A stretch of 64,000 nucleotides of DNA from an uncultured Chloroflexia bacterium (GTDB lineage: Bacteria > Chloroflexota > Anaerolineae > Anaerolineales > E44-bin32). The translations under genes were made by a program, and so were the position numbers. Numbering within the stretch: the stretch's first letter is position 1; the number at the start of each line of letters is the position of its first letter. This document shows positions 28,955-39,028 of the stretch, in pieces. The notes beneath the pieces are model-generated. The model did not search any database and had not been told where the DNA came from. It saw only the letters and a program-made list of their open reading frames with translations. The DNA lies in contig CAWFSV010000013.1 of the NCBI GenBank assembly GCA_963818575.1, forward strand, positions 172,233 through 236,232. The letters run 5' to 3'.

Positions 28955-28983
28955 TAGACAATCGACGTTCGACTGGGTAGAAT
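28955..28983 (+). promoter_or_regulatory. Promoter of rpsT (TAGACA-17-TAGAAT)
   Basis: tagaca at 28955-28960 and tagaat at 28978-28983. GGAGG lies 5 nt before the TTG at 29019. Confidence 0.5.
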
Positions 28984-29018
28984 GAACGGGTTGTCGAGAG
29001 AGACTTTTGGAGGCCAGG

Positions 29019-29288
29019 TTGGCAAACATCGAGTCCGCCAAGAAACGGAACCGGCAGAACGTCAAGCGCCGGATTCGAAATCGGGATCTGCGCTCGCGCG
29101 CTCGCACGCAGGTGAAAGTCGCTCGGCAGGCCGTGCAGGCCGACGCCAAGACGGCCGAACCGACCGTCCGCAAGGCGGCCAGCGAGCTCGACCGCGCGGC
29201 GGTCAAGGGCGTGCTGCACAAGCGGAACGCCGCCCGTCGCAAGAGCCGGCTGATGAAAGCGCTGGCCAAGGCCCAGAAGTCCAAGTAG
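29019..29288 (+). CDS. rpsT: 30S ribosomal protein S20
   Basis: (M)ANIESAKKRNRQNVKRRIRNRDLRSRARTQVK... The TTG start at 29019 gives the canonical MANI.SAKKR N-terminus. Confidence 0.93.
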   Translation: MANIESAKKRNRQNVKRRIRNRDLRSRARTQVKVARQAVQADAKTAEPTVRKAASELDRAAVKGVLHKRNAARRKSRLMKALAKAQKSK

Positions 29289-29315
29289 CCTGGCGCACTC
29301 CGCTCCGCGTTTCCA

Positions 29316-29343
29316 GCACGACGCACTCTCGGGTGCGTCGTGC
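29316..29343 (+). terminator. rpsT intrinsic terminator
   Basis: gcacgacgcac-tctcgg-gtgcgtcgtgc (11-bp perfect stem) followed by CCTTTCC. It is followed by TGcTATAAT (29357-29365), the likely argS promoter. Confidence 0.75.
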
Positions 29344-29388
29344 CCTTTCCGCTGAATGCTATAATCGCCCGGCATCGAGGCCTGCGAC

Positions 29389-31190
29389 GTGTTCGGTACC
29401 GAACTAGGCGCACTGTCTGATCAGATCCGAGAGCGACTGACGTCCCTGGGGGCGACGCCTCCCGATCGCGTCGACTGGGCTCCGGTTCCCTTTCAAGGGC
29501 ATTGGGGCTTTGGCACCGCCGTCTGCTTCCAGGCCGCGGCGGCCGAGGCGCGAGCCGGCAAACCCGTGCGTGTCCCCGAGCGCGCCGAGGAGCTGGCACG
29601 CGAGCTGGCCGAGCAGATCGCGCCGCCATTCGGTTTCATCCGCCTGCAGGCCGAGAAGGCCTACCTGAACGCGCTGGTCGACCCCGCCACGTTCGCCGGC
29701 CGGGTGGTCGAGTCGGCGCTGACGCGGGGGCCGGACTTCGGTCGCGGGGAGCCGAAGGCCGAACGCGTCATGGTCGAGTACGCCCAACCGAATACCCACC
29801 ATTCCTTCCACATCGGCCATGCGCGCAACGCGCTGCTGGGCGAGTCGCTCGCCCGCCTGGTCGATTTCGCCGGCTTCCCGACCACCCGCGCCTCCTATCC
29901 CGGCGACATCGGCCTGGGCGTAATCACCTGCATGTGGGCCTACCAGCGCTTCCATCTCGGCCAGGAGCCGGAGGGCGTGCATGCCCGTGGTCAATGGATG
30001 CTCAAGATCTACGCCGAGGCGACGGCGCTGCTGACCGCGCAAGCAGGCGAGACCGCCGAGCAGGCGGCCGAGCGCGAGGCCTACGACGCCGAGCGCCGCG
30101 AGATGTACCGAGCGCTGGGATGCCGGGGATCCGGAGGTGCGTGAGCTGTGGCGACGCACACGTCAGTGGAGCCTGGACGAGCTGCAGGACATCCTCTCCC
30201 GGCTGGACATCGCCATCGACGTCTTCTTCTACGAGAGCGAGGCGGATGAGCCGGCCAAGGCGATCGTCGACGAGTTGATCGCCCGGGGCCTGGCCGAGGA
30301 CGAACGGCCCGCCGGCCCGGTGATCGTACGCATCGATGACCAACTCGGGCTGAAGAAGGAGAAATACCGCACGGCGGTGGTGCTGCGCAGCGACGGGACC
30401 ACGCTGTATCTGACGAAGGACCTGGCGCTGGCCAAGCAGAAGTTCGAGCAGTTCCACGTCGATCGTTCGATCTACGTTGTGGATGCGCGCCAGAGCCTGC
30501 ATTTCCAGCAGGCGTTCAAGATCCTCGAGCTGATGGGATTTCCTCAGGCGGCCAAGTGCCACCACCTGGCGTTCGGTGTCGTGTCGCTACCCGAAGGGCG
30601 CGATGTCGGCCCGCAAGGGCAACGTCGTCCTGTTCATGGACGTGCTTGAGGAAGCGGAGCGCAGGGTGCAGGCGGTGATCGCCGAGAAGAACCCCGATTT
30701 GCCGCTCGACCAGCGCGGCGCCGTCGCCCGGCAGGTGGGGCTGGGCGCACTGGCGTATGCCTTGCTCTCGGTGGACAATATCAAGGACATCGTCTTCGAC
30801 TGGGACAGCGCCCTGAGCTTCGACGGCCAGACGGCGCCGTATATTCAGAACGCCCACGTGCGGGCCAACAGCATCCTGCGCAAGGCCGAGGGCCTTCCGG
30901 CGCAGCCGGCGAATTACGAGCCGCAGGAACGGCTGGAGATCGAGTTGATCGACCGGATCTCGCGCTTCCCGGCTGCGGTGCAACAGGCGGCGCTGGAGTA
31001 CAAGCCGCTGCACATGGCCACCTACGCGTACGAGCTGGCCCGCGCCTTCCACAGCTTCTATCACGCCGTGCCGGTGCTCCAGGCCGATGAGCCGGCGCGC
31101 GCCGCGCGGCTGCGGCTGGTCGCCGCCGCCCGTCAGACCCTGGCCAATGCCCTCCGGCTGCTGGCGATCGCCGCACCGGAGGTGATGTAA
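29389..31190 (+). CDS. argS: Arginine--tRNA ligase; frame-shifted at ~30111 and ~30597
   Basis: Three ORF pieces: ..YAQPNTHHSFHIGHARNALLGESL.. (HIGH), ..RWDAGDPEVRELWRRT..VLRSDGTTLYLTKDLA..YVVDARQSLHF.., and ..MSARKGNVV..APYIQNAHVR..LHMATYAYELARAFHSFY... Confidence 0.9.
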
Positions 31191-31247
31191 ACGACGCATG
31201 CCATCCACGACAAGGCACCCTGCCCCTCGAAGGAGATGTGAACCAGT

Positions 31248-32570
31248 ATGAGCCGCCAGCGAGTGATCATCATGGGCGCCGCAGGGCGCGACTTCCACAA
31301 CTTCAACGTGTATTTCCGGGACAACCCGGCGTATGAGGTGGTGGCCTTCACCGCCACCCAGATCCCCAATATCGAAGGGCGCACCTACCCGGCCAAACTG
31401 GCCGGCACCCAGTACCCCAAGGGCATCCCGATCCATCCGGAGACCGAGCTGGTGTCGCTGATCGGGAAGCTCAAGCCCGACCAGGTGATCTTCGCCTACA
31501 GCGACGTCTCCCACGAGACCGTGATGCACAAAGCCTCGCAGGTCCTGGCCGCCGGGGCGGACTTCCGGCTGATGGGCGCCCGGGCGACGCAGTTGAAATC
31601 CACCAAGCCGGTGGTGTCGATCTGCGCCGTGCGGACCGGGAGCGGGAAGAGCCAGACCACGCGTCGCGTGGCCGAACTGCTGATGGCCCGCGGCTACAAG
31701 GTGGCGGCCATTCGCCACCCGATGCCGTACGGGGACCTGGTGAAGCAGGCCGTGCAGCGCTTCGCCAGCTACAAGGACCTGGCGGCACACGATTGCACGA
31801 TCGAAGAGCGCGAAGAGTACGAGCCGCACATCGCCCGCGGCATCATCGTCTACGCCGGCGTGGACTACGAGCGCATCCTGCGCCAGGCGGAGGCGGAGGT
31901 CGACGTCATCCTGTGGGACGGCGGCAACAACGACCTGTCGTTCTACCAGAGCGACCTGCACATCGTGGTGGTCGACCCGCACCGTCCCGGGCACGAACTG
32001 CTGTACCACCCGGGCGAGGCCAATCTGCTGATGGCCGATGTGGTCGTGATCAACAAGGTCGATACGGCCAGCCGGGATGCGGTGATGACCGTGCGCAACA
32101 ACGTGCGCTCGCGCAACCCGAAGGCGATCGTGATCGAAGCCGCCTCCCCGATCTTCGTCGACGACGCGGCGGCGATCCGCGGCAAGCGCGTGCTGGTCGT
32201 CGAAGACGGACCGACGCTGACGCACGGCGAGATGGCCTACGGCGCCGGCTGGGTGGCCGCCCAGCGCTTCGGGGCGGCCGAGATCATCGACCCGCGGCCG
32301 TTCGCCATGGGGACGATCTCGGCCACCTATGCCAAGTACCCGACGACCGGCAACGTCCTGCCGGCCATGGGCTACGGCGACAAGCAGATGCGGGAGCTCG
32401 AGCGCACGATCAACCGATCGGACGCCGATCTGGTCCTGATCGGAACGCCGATCGACCTGGGACGCCTGTTGAAGTTGAACAAGCCGGCACAGCGCATCCG
32501 CTATGACCTGCAGGAGATCGGCCAGCCTACGCTGGACGAGGTGCTAGGCAAGCGCTTCCCGGCCAAGTAG
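31248..32570 (+). CDS. COG2403-type P-loop NTPase (cyclic 2,3-diphosphoglycerate synthetase-like family)
   Basis: 440 aa: VIIMGAAGRDFHNFN, Walker A AVRTGSGKSQTT, ILWDGGNND, VVINKVD. The family assignment is from recollection of COG2403/CpgS architecture. Confidence 0.65.
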   Translation: MSRQRVIIMGAAGRDFHNFNVYFRDNPAYEVVAFTATQIPNIEGRTYPAKLAGTQYPKGIPIHPETELVSLIGKLKPDQVIFAYSDVSHETVMHKASQVLAAGADFRLMGARATQLKSTKPVVSICAVRTGSGKSQTTRRVAELLMARGYKVAAIRHPMPYGDLVKQAVQRFASYKDLAAHDCTIEEREEYEPHIARGIIVYAGVDYERILRQAEAEVDVILWDGGNNDLSFYQSDLHIVVVDPHRPGHELLYHPGEANLLMADVVVINKVDTASRDAVMTVRNNVRSRNPKAIVIEAASPIFVDDAAAIRGKRVLVVEDGPTLTHGEMAYGAGWVAAQRFGAAEIIDPRPFAMGTISATYAKYPTTGNVLPAMGYGDKQMRELERTINRSDADLVLIGTPIDLGRLLKLNKPAQRIRYDLQEIGQPTLDEVLGKRFPAK

Positions 32571-32577
32571 CGCCGAC

Positions 32578-33888
32578 ATGCCACGGCGTCGGGGCACCCT
32601 GCCCCAGCCACGCCTGATGTGGGACGGCCGCAGCGACCCTTTGGAGGTCGCGGCGGCCGTCGTCTCTGTCCAGGCGGAGGTCTTCCCCGGGGGTGCCGGC
32701 GGCACGCCGGCCGAGCGGCGTCTGATCCAGGGCGACAACCTGGGCGTGATGGCCGGCCTGCTCCCGGCCTACGAAGACCGGTTTGACCTGATCTACGCCG
32801 ATCCACCCTTCCTGACCGGCAAAGCCTTCCGGGCCCGCGTCGGGCGGGGCGAGGACTCTCGTTCACCCCTCGGTTGGGAGACGATCGACGGCTACCTCGA
32901 TCAGTGGGGGTCCCCGGCGGCGTACCTTTCGATGCTCGAACCCCGGCTGCGGCTGATGCACCGGTTGCTCTCCCCCGCCGGCAGCCTGTACCTGCACCTG
33001 GATTGGCACGCCGCCGCGTACGCGCGCTTGCTGCTCGACGAGATCTTCGGCCCCGATCGGCTGCTGAACGAGATCGCCTGGGTCTATCACGGACCGTCCC
33101 CGATCCGAAGGGCGTTCAACCGCAAGCACGATACGCTGCTGGTCTACACGAAGACCGATGCCTACACCTTCAACACGGATGCCGTTCGCACACCGTATGA
33201 CCCGGCCACGCTGCGCACCTTCGCGGGATCGCCGCGGGCCGGGTTCGGCAAGGTTCCCGATCTCGATCGAGGGAAGGTGCCGGAGGACTGGTGGTACTTC
33301 CCGGTGGTCGCACGGCTGCATCATGAGCGGACGGGCTATCCCACCCAGAAACCCGAAGCGCTGATGACGCGCGTGATTGCCGCCTCCAGCCCCACCGGCG
33401 GCCTGGTGGGCGACTTCTTCTGCGGGTCGGGCACCACGCTGGTGGCGGCGGAACGGCTGGGCCGCACGTGGGTCGGCTGCGACGCCCACCCCCTGGCCTG
33501 CCACGTCGCTCATCACCGGCTGCTGCTCGAGGCGGAGTGCGGTCCGTACCGGCTCGAATCCACTGCGCCCGATCCGGTGCCTGGCCTTGAAGTGCGCGCC
33601 TCCCTCGAAGGCAGTGGCCGTGAGACGGCCGTCCGGCTTGAGGGCGTCCGCGTCGGAGCCGGCATGCCTTTCGATCGCGAGCATGTGGAGGTCTGGGAGG
33701 TCGACTGGGATTTCGACGGTCAATTGTTCCGGAGCCGGTCGCAGGCGGCGCGTGCCTGGAGGAGACCCGAGCTGACCGATCGCCTGTCGCCGCGTGAGAC
33801 CCAAGCCACGGGGCGGAGTGTGGCGGTCCGGGCGGTCGACCGGAACGGCCACGTGGGGATTGCCGTCTTGACGAAGGCCGGCGGCTGA
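32578..33888 (+). CDS. Beta-class DNA methyltransferase (N6-adenine or N4-cytosine) with a ~130-aa C-terminal extension; no adjacent endonuclease
   Basis: Motif IV IYADPPFLTG precedes motif I GGLVGDFFCGSGTTLVAAERLGR. YPTQKPEALM is also present. The gene starts 8 nt after the upstream stop. Confidence 0.85.
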   Translation: MPRRRGTLPQPRLMWDGRSDPLEVAAAVVSVQAEVFPGGAGGTPAERRLIQGDNLGVMAGLLPAYEDRFDLIYADPPFLTGKAFRARVGRGEDSRSPLGWETIDGYLDQWGSPAAYLSMLEPRLRLMHRLLSPAGSLYLHLDWHAAAYARLLLDEIFGPDRLLNEIAWVYHGPSPIRRAFNRKHDTLLVYTKTDAYTFNTDAVRTPYDPATLRTFAGSPRAGFGKVPDLDRGKVPEDWWYFPVVARLHHERTGYPTQKPEALMTRVIAASSPTGGLVGDFFCGSGTTLVAAERLGRTWVGCDAHPLACHVAHHRLLLEAECGPYRLESTAPDPVPGLEVRASLEGSGRETAVRLEGVRVGAGMPFDREHVEVWEVDWDFDGQLFRSRSQAARAWRRPELTDRLSPRETQATGRSVAVRAVDRNGHVGIAVLTKAGG

Positions 33889-33926
33889 GCACCCGCGCGT
33901 CCAGGTGAGGTAGGCGGAAGAATGAA

Positions 33927-33949
33927 GAGGGCTCCCCTTGGGAGCCCTC
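33927..33949. terminator. Bidirectional hairpin between the convergent methyltransferase and response-regulator genes
   Basis: gagggctcc-ccttg-ggagccctc, with GAAGAATGAA upstream on the plus strand (equivalent to TTCATTCTTC after the stem on the minus strand). Confidence 0.7.
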
Positions 33950-33976
33950 GACGCCATCTGAACCGCGGAAACCGCC

Positions 33977-34666
33977 TCAGCGGCCCTCGCGTCCGGTCCC
34001 TTCGGCCGGCACGTCCAATCGATAGCCCATGCCCCGGATCGTCTTCAACAGGCCGGGGCGGCGCGGATCATCTCCGAGCGAGCGGCGCAGCCAGCTCATG
34101 TGGACATCCAGCGTGCGCGTGTCCCCGGTATAGTCCGTGTGCCAGACCTGCCGGATCAGCGTGGCACGCGTCAGCAGCTTGCCCGGATTGTGCATGAAGA
34201 CCTCGAGCAAGCGCGCCTGTTTCGGCGTGAGGCGTGCATCCTTCCCCCGGCAGCGCACCTTGCGCTGCGCCAGGTTGAGCTTGATCGGACCGACCTCGAG
34301 GCTGAAGCTGTCATCGCCGGGAAGCAGACGGGCGACGCGGTTGAGGAGCTTGCGCGGCGTGAGCGGGTGGACAAGCGTCAGGGTCGCGCCGCTTCCGGGA
34401 TCGGTGCGCGTGCCCGGCGGCGCCACCAGCACGATGGGCACGCCATTGAGCACGCCGCGCGCCGCGCGGCTCATGCGCGTGCCGCTGGTCTTCATCGAGG
34501 CTGCATCCAGGATCAGCAGGTCCGGAGGGGCGTCGGCCAGGCGCGCCAGCGCCGCCTCCACCTGATGGTGCGTGGCGACGGAGTATCCCTTCTTCTCCAA
34601 GGCTGGGGCGAAGGACGGAGCGTTGGCCCGCTCGCTCTCGATCAATAGTATGCGATGAGCCGCCAT
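33977..34666 (-). CDS. OmpR-family response regulator
   Basis: From MAAHRILLIESE..DLLILDAAS.. to LTPKQARLLEVFMHNPGKLLTR..LDVHMSWLRRSL..IRGMGYRL. A TATAAT box lies on the minus strand at ~34722. Confidence 0.85.
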   Translation of the reverse strand: MAAHRILLIESERANAPSFAPALEKKGYSVATHHQVEAALARLADAPPDLLILDAASMKTSGTRMSRAARGVLNGVPIVLVAPPGTRTDPGSGATLTLVHPLTPRKLLNRVARLLPGDDSFSLEVGPIKLNLAQRKVRCRGKDARLTPKQARLLEVFMHNPGKLLTRATLIRQVWHTDYTGDTRTLDVHMSWLRRSLGDDPRRPGLLKTIRGMGYRLDVPAEGTGREGR

Positions 34667-34724
34667 CAGGACCTTTGCGAAAGAACGGGCAGCCCGGAAA
34701 CCGGCTGCCGCATACCTTAAAGCA

Positions 34725-35867
34725 TTATAGCCGCGTTCCGGCGGCGTGCCAATGGGAGTCCGGTTCCGATCGGTTGAAGTTCGCCGGCGCAGCGCGGCGG
34801 TTGAGTGCGAGGCGTTGACTCGTCCGTATGCGGCTGGCGCCGCCACCTTCCGTGCGGCTGCGCCCACCACCGAAGGCACGGAAGGGCTCGCGGTCCAGCC
34901 GTTCCATCAATCGCTGGGCGAAGGCCACGGGCGCAGCCCACAAGCCGAATGGTGACAGTGCCTCGCGCTCCTCGGCGGACCACTGCGGGCTCCCCAGCCA
35001 GCGAGTCACCTGGAGCTGACGGCCCACGGCCCGCGCGGCGTGCTCGACCTCGTCGACGCGCGTGGCGTCGCGGCCCCCGGAGGTCAGAATCCAGGTCGGT
35101 ATGTCCGCAGGCTCCTGGAAGTATTCGAGGTGCGCCCATTCCTCGACGTCCTGGGCGTGATAGGCCAGGCCGCTGGCTTCGAGGACCTTGGCCGCCGCAA
35201 AGCCGGCGGCGCCGTACGCCGGGCCGCTGCCGAGGAAGACACCGTGGGGTGCTTCCGCCACGGAATCGGCGAAGGCCCTGCCCTGCTCACCCTGCCCAGC
35301 GGCGTCTCGCGACATCTGGTCGGGAAGCGAGTCGATCAAGGCGGGGACACGACGCCGATACGCGCCCTGCGCCAGCGATGCTCCGACGGCCAGGACGCCC
35401 AACAGCGCGGCCAGGTAGCTGATCAATCCGGGGCCAAACGGATATTCGGGCAGATCCGCCACGAGCGCCGCATCGGCCGTCCGTGTGAGGGTGCTGTCTT
35501 GGGTGCACGTCATCGCCAGGGTCCGGGCACCGGCGTGATGTGCCTGCTCCAGTGCTTCTACCGTTCGTGCGACTTCGCCGGAGGCTGAGATGCCGATGAC
35601 CAGCCAGTCGGCGCCGGCGTCCTGCATCAAGTACCGGCCGGCCATCATCGAGGTGGCTGCACGCACCCGGCGACCCGTCCACAGCCGGAGGCCGAACTCG
35701 CTTCCCTGCGCGGCGAAATGCGAATCGCCGCACCCGCAGACCAGGAGGGTCGTGAGCCTATCCTCCCATCCGGCGAGCGAGCGTCGCGCCTGGTCGAGGA
35801 GCGCCGGCCAGGCTTCGCCCACGAACGCCGATGCCCGATCGGCCTGGACGGTCAGGGAGTCACGCAA
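34725..35867 (-). CDS. Double-SIS-domain sugar-phosphate isomerase/deglycase (GlmS-C/FrlB/AgaS-like)
   Basis: LLVCGCGDSHFAA, LVIGISASGEVARTVEA, GVFLGSGPAYGAAGFAAAKVLE. TTG start at 35867 with GGAGGG 3 nt upstream. Confidence 0.75.
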   Translation of the reverse strand: MRDSLTVQADRASAFVGEAWPALLDQARRSLAGWEDRLTTLLVCGCGDSHFAAQGSEFGLRLWTGRRVRAATSMMAGRYLMQDAGADWLVIGISASGEVARTVEALEQAHHAGARTLAMTCTQDSTLTRTADAALVADLPEYPFGPGLISYLAALLGVLAVGASLAQGAYRRRVPALIDSLPDQMSRDAAGQGEQGRAFADSVAEAPHGVFLGSGPAYGAAGFAAAKVLEASGLAYHAQDVEEWAHLEYFQEPADIPTWILTSGGRDATRVDEVEHAARAVGRQLQVTRWLGSPQWSAEEREALSPFGLWAAPVAFAQRLMERLDREPFRAFGGGRSRTEGGGASRIRTSQRLALNRRAAPANFNRSEPDSHWHAAGTRL

Positions 35868-35902
35868 TTGCCCTCCGCACCCTGCTCGATATAATGCGAA
35901 GC

Positions 35903-36914
35903 ATGGCAGGGTCGGTCGATTTCGCCTTTGTCGGTGGCTTGCGGCAGGATTATTGTATCACCCACGACGGCCGCGTCTTTGCCGGCATGTTGGGCGGCAA
36001 TGCGCTGTATGCCGCGGTCGGGGCACGGGTGTGGGGCGCGTCGGTGGGGGTGGTCAGCCGCGTGGGCAGCGACTTCCCGTCCGCCTGGCTCGAGCGGCTC
36101 CGGGACGAGGGTTTCAACCTCGACGGGCGTACGTGTGCTTCCGGACCCGCAAGACACGCGCACGTTCTACGCCTACCTCTCACCCGACGAGCGGGTGGAC
36201 ACCTCCCCGGCCTCGCATTTCCTGCGCGTGGGCCACGCCTTGCCCAAGGAACTTCTCGGCTACCAGCATTCCACGCTCCAACAGGATCGCCGCGCCTCGC
36301 CGGGGCGGCTGGCCGTACGCGTGGACGATCTACCGGCATGGATCGATGGCGCCCAGGGCGTACACTTCTCGCCTGGCGACTACCTGACACACCTGACGGT
36401 CCCCACTCATCTCCGCCATCTCGGGATCAAGAGGTTGACACTCGATCCATCGCTGATGTACATGGATCCCGGGTTCCGCCGCGAGCTTCCCGATCTGCTC
36501 AACGGTCTGGACGCGTTCCTCCCCAGTCGGATGGAGGCGGAGGCGTTCTTCCGGCCTCAGCGTCTGCGGGTGTGGGAGATGGCCGAGGCGTTCCTCGGAA
36601 TGGGCTGCGCGATCGTCGTCATCAAGTGCGGTGCGAACGGCCAGGCGGTCCTGGATGGGACGTCCGGGAAGCGCTGGGACGTTCCTGCTTACCCGGTCCA
36701 GCCGAGTGATGTCACCGGGGCTGGGGACGCGTACTGCGGTGGTTTCCTGGCCGGCCTGGTTCAAACGGGCGATCCGCTCGAAGCCGCACTCCGAGGCACC
36801 GTATCCTCATCGCTGGTCATCGAAGGGACCGGGGCCCTCTTTGCGCTTGAAGCACTTCCCGGCCTGCCCCACGCCCGGCTACACGCACTCCGCCAGGCCG
36901 TGGGCAAGGCTTAG
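35903..36914 (+). CDS. PfkB-family carbohydrate kinase; frame-shifted near ~36125
   Basis: GGNALYAAVGARVWG in the first frame, then ..VVIKCGANGQAV.. and DVTGAGDAYCGGFLAGL (PfkB signature). TATAAT at 35890-35895 lies 7 nt before ATG 35903. An in-frame ATG at 35894 is also possible. Confidence 0.8.
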
Positions 36915-36917
36915 AAG

Positions 36918-38065
36918 ATGGACACGGAGAAGATCGTCGCACAAGCCCTCGCAATCCAGCGGATCCCCTCTCCGACGTTCGACGAGCATCGAACGAGCAG
37001 AATACCTGCGCGATCGATTCCAGCACGCCGGGCTGGACGATGTCCAGATCGATTCCACCGGAAACGTCGTGGCGCGCCGGGGTGAGCCAGGCGAGCCCGG
37101 CGTCCTGGTGAGCGCGCATCTGGATAGCGTCTTCGCCCGCGACGCGGTCTGGCCGGCGCGGCAGGACGGTGGCTGGCTCAGGGGCCCGGGGATCGGCGAC
37201 AACGCATTGGGTGTGGCAGCGCTCGTTGAGCTGGCCGCCGAACTGCGGGAGGCCCTCCCCGGCGTATGCGTATGGTTTGCGGGAACGGTCGGGGAAGAGG
37301 GCCTGGGCAATCTACGCGGCATGACCGCACTTGTCGAACGCTTCCGCAGCCGGGTGAGCGCCTACCTGGTCATCGAGGGGATGTCGCTTGGAAACGTGTA
37401 CCACACCGGACTGCCGGCGCGGCGGCTGAGGATCAGCGTTCGCACTCCTGGCGGTCATTCCTGGACTCACGCCGGACGCGCTTCGGCGACCCACGAGCTG
37501 ATCCGACTTGGCGGAGCAAATCCTGCGCCTCCCCCTGCCCTCCCAACCTCGCACGACGATGAACATCGGCCGTCTGGGCGGGGGCACGGCCATCAACGCC
37601 ATTGCCGCGACGGCGGCGATGGAGATCGACCTGCGCTCGGAGGACGAGCAAGTCGCGGCGAGGCTGGAGGCGGCCGTGGCAAAACTGGCTGAGGCGCTGG
37701 CAGCGCCCGACGTCCAGGTCTTCACCGAATCGATCGGCACCCGGCCGGGGGGCGGGATCCCTGCCGATCATCCGCTGGTCGTCGCCGCGATCCGCTGTCT
37801 GCAGGCTCAGGGGATCCAGGATGTGCGGCGCGGGGCCGGCTCGACGGACGCAAGCGCACCTTTGAGCCAGGGAATGCCGGCTGTGTGCATCGGCCTGACA
37901 CGCGGGACGATGGCGCACACCGTGGATGAGGCGATCGAGATCGGGCCCATCGCTCAGGGGTACCCGGCCCTGGTCCAATTGGTGCGGGAAGCGGCGCGCC
38001 TGGTCGCGTCCGGCGACGATTCCGCTTCCTTCGATCAGCGAGGAGGGGAAGCACTGATCGGCTAG
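36918..38065 (+). CDS. M20-family metallopeptidase/deacylase; frame-shifted at ~36985 and ~37505
   Basis: MDTEKIVAQALAIQRIPSPTFDE / RAEYLRDRFQHAGLD..VLVSAHLDSVF..GPGIGDNALG..GTVGEEGLGNLRG / ..MNIGRLGGGTAINAIAATAAMEIDLRS... Confidence 0.78.
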
Positions 38066-38171
38066 GTCCACCGGCGCGAACCGCGGCCGCGTCTCGCTTC
38101 TTCGGGCTGCGCGGGAATTCATCTGCTCGGGCGTGGACTTCTGGAGTGGACGCCGGGGACAGGATCGTCGT

Positions 38172-38928
38172 TCACGGGGTGGCTGTCAGAGGCGAGTTCG
38201 ACACGCTGAAGCGCGCCGAGACCCACCAGGCCTCACCCAGAAACATCTGCACCTCGTAGTCCCCTTCCGCCCAGCCCGCCTCCGGGGCGCACTCGGTGTA
38301 GCCATATCCGCCGGTGCCGCCGTCCCAGGGCTTGCTCTCTCGGCAGACGATCGTCTCCCCCCGCCGCCAGATCGCCGTCCAGCGCACGCCGTCCTGCAGC
38401 CCGTCATAGGTGAAGGCTCCAAACAAACGACGGGGCGGCTGGGTGAAAGTCTCCGCCGCATCCAGCGGCCGATTGAAACCGTCCAAGCGCGTGGCGATCG
38501 TGATCGGGCTGAGGGCCGCCGCCGTCCCCGGGGTGACCGTCTCGTGAAACGTCACCAGCATGGCATCCGGGATGCTCGGCGTGGGCGTGTCGGTCGGCGT
38601 GAAGGTGGCCTCCGGAGTGGAGGTGATCGTCGGGGTCAGCGTGATCGTGGGCGTGAGGGTGCGGGTGGGAGTCGGGGTGATCGAGGGCGTCGGCGGGACG
38701 ATCGTGTAGGCGACCTGCCGGCCGAAGGCCTGCACGAAGATCGCCAGCAAGCCCGCGACGACTGCCGACGACGATCAGCCGCCAGCCCGCCGCCACGCGC
38801 TGACGGCGCAGGGAATAGAAGCGCAATCCGCCGGACCCGCGCACCATTCTCCCACCTGCCCACACCAGGGCGATCAGACAGGCCAGGAGAACCAGAACGA
38901 GGCTTTGCAGCGCGGAGTCGATCGTCAT
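38172..38928 (-). CDS. Membrane-anchored extracellular protein with a PT-rich linker, unknown function; frame-shifted near ~38755
   Basis: MTIDSALQSLVLVLLACLIALVWAG.. (TM), then after the shift ..TPTPTRTLTPTITLTPTITSTPEATFTPTDTPTP.. and a globular C-domain (..DGVRWTAIWRRGETIVCRES..). Confidence 0.55.
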
Positions 38929-39028
38929 CCGGGGGCTGATCCACAGGCCGCGCGCGCAGTATAGCATGTGCTCAGCGGGCGCCCGCGGTGCGGTTGGCGG
39001 GACGCACGCTCGTGCGCCGGCCGCCGCT

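Noticed and set aside
32578-33888. The methyltransferase as part of a restriction-modification defence system
   Set aside because: There is no endonuclease, specificity or helicase gene on either side. The flanking genes are argS and the COG2403 NTPase on one side and a terminator plus a response regulator on the other. It is treated as an orphan MTase.
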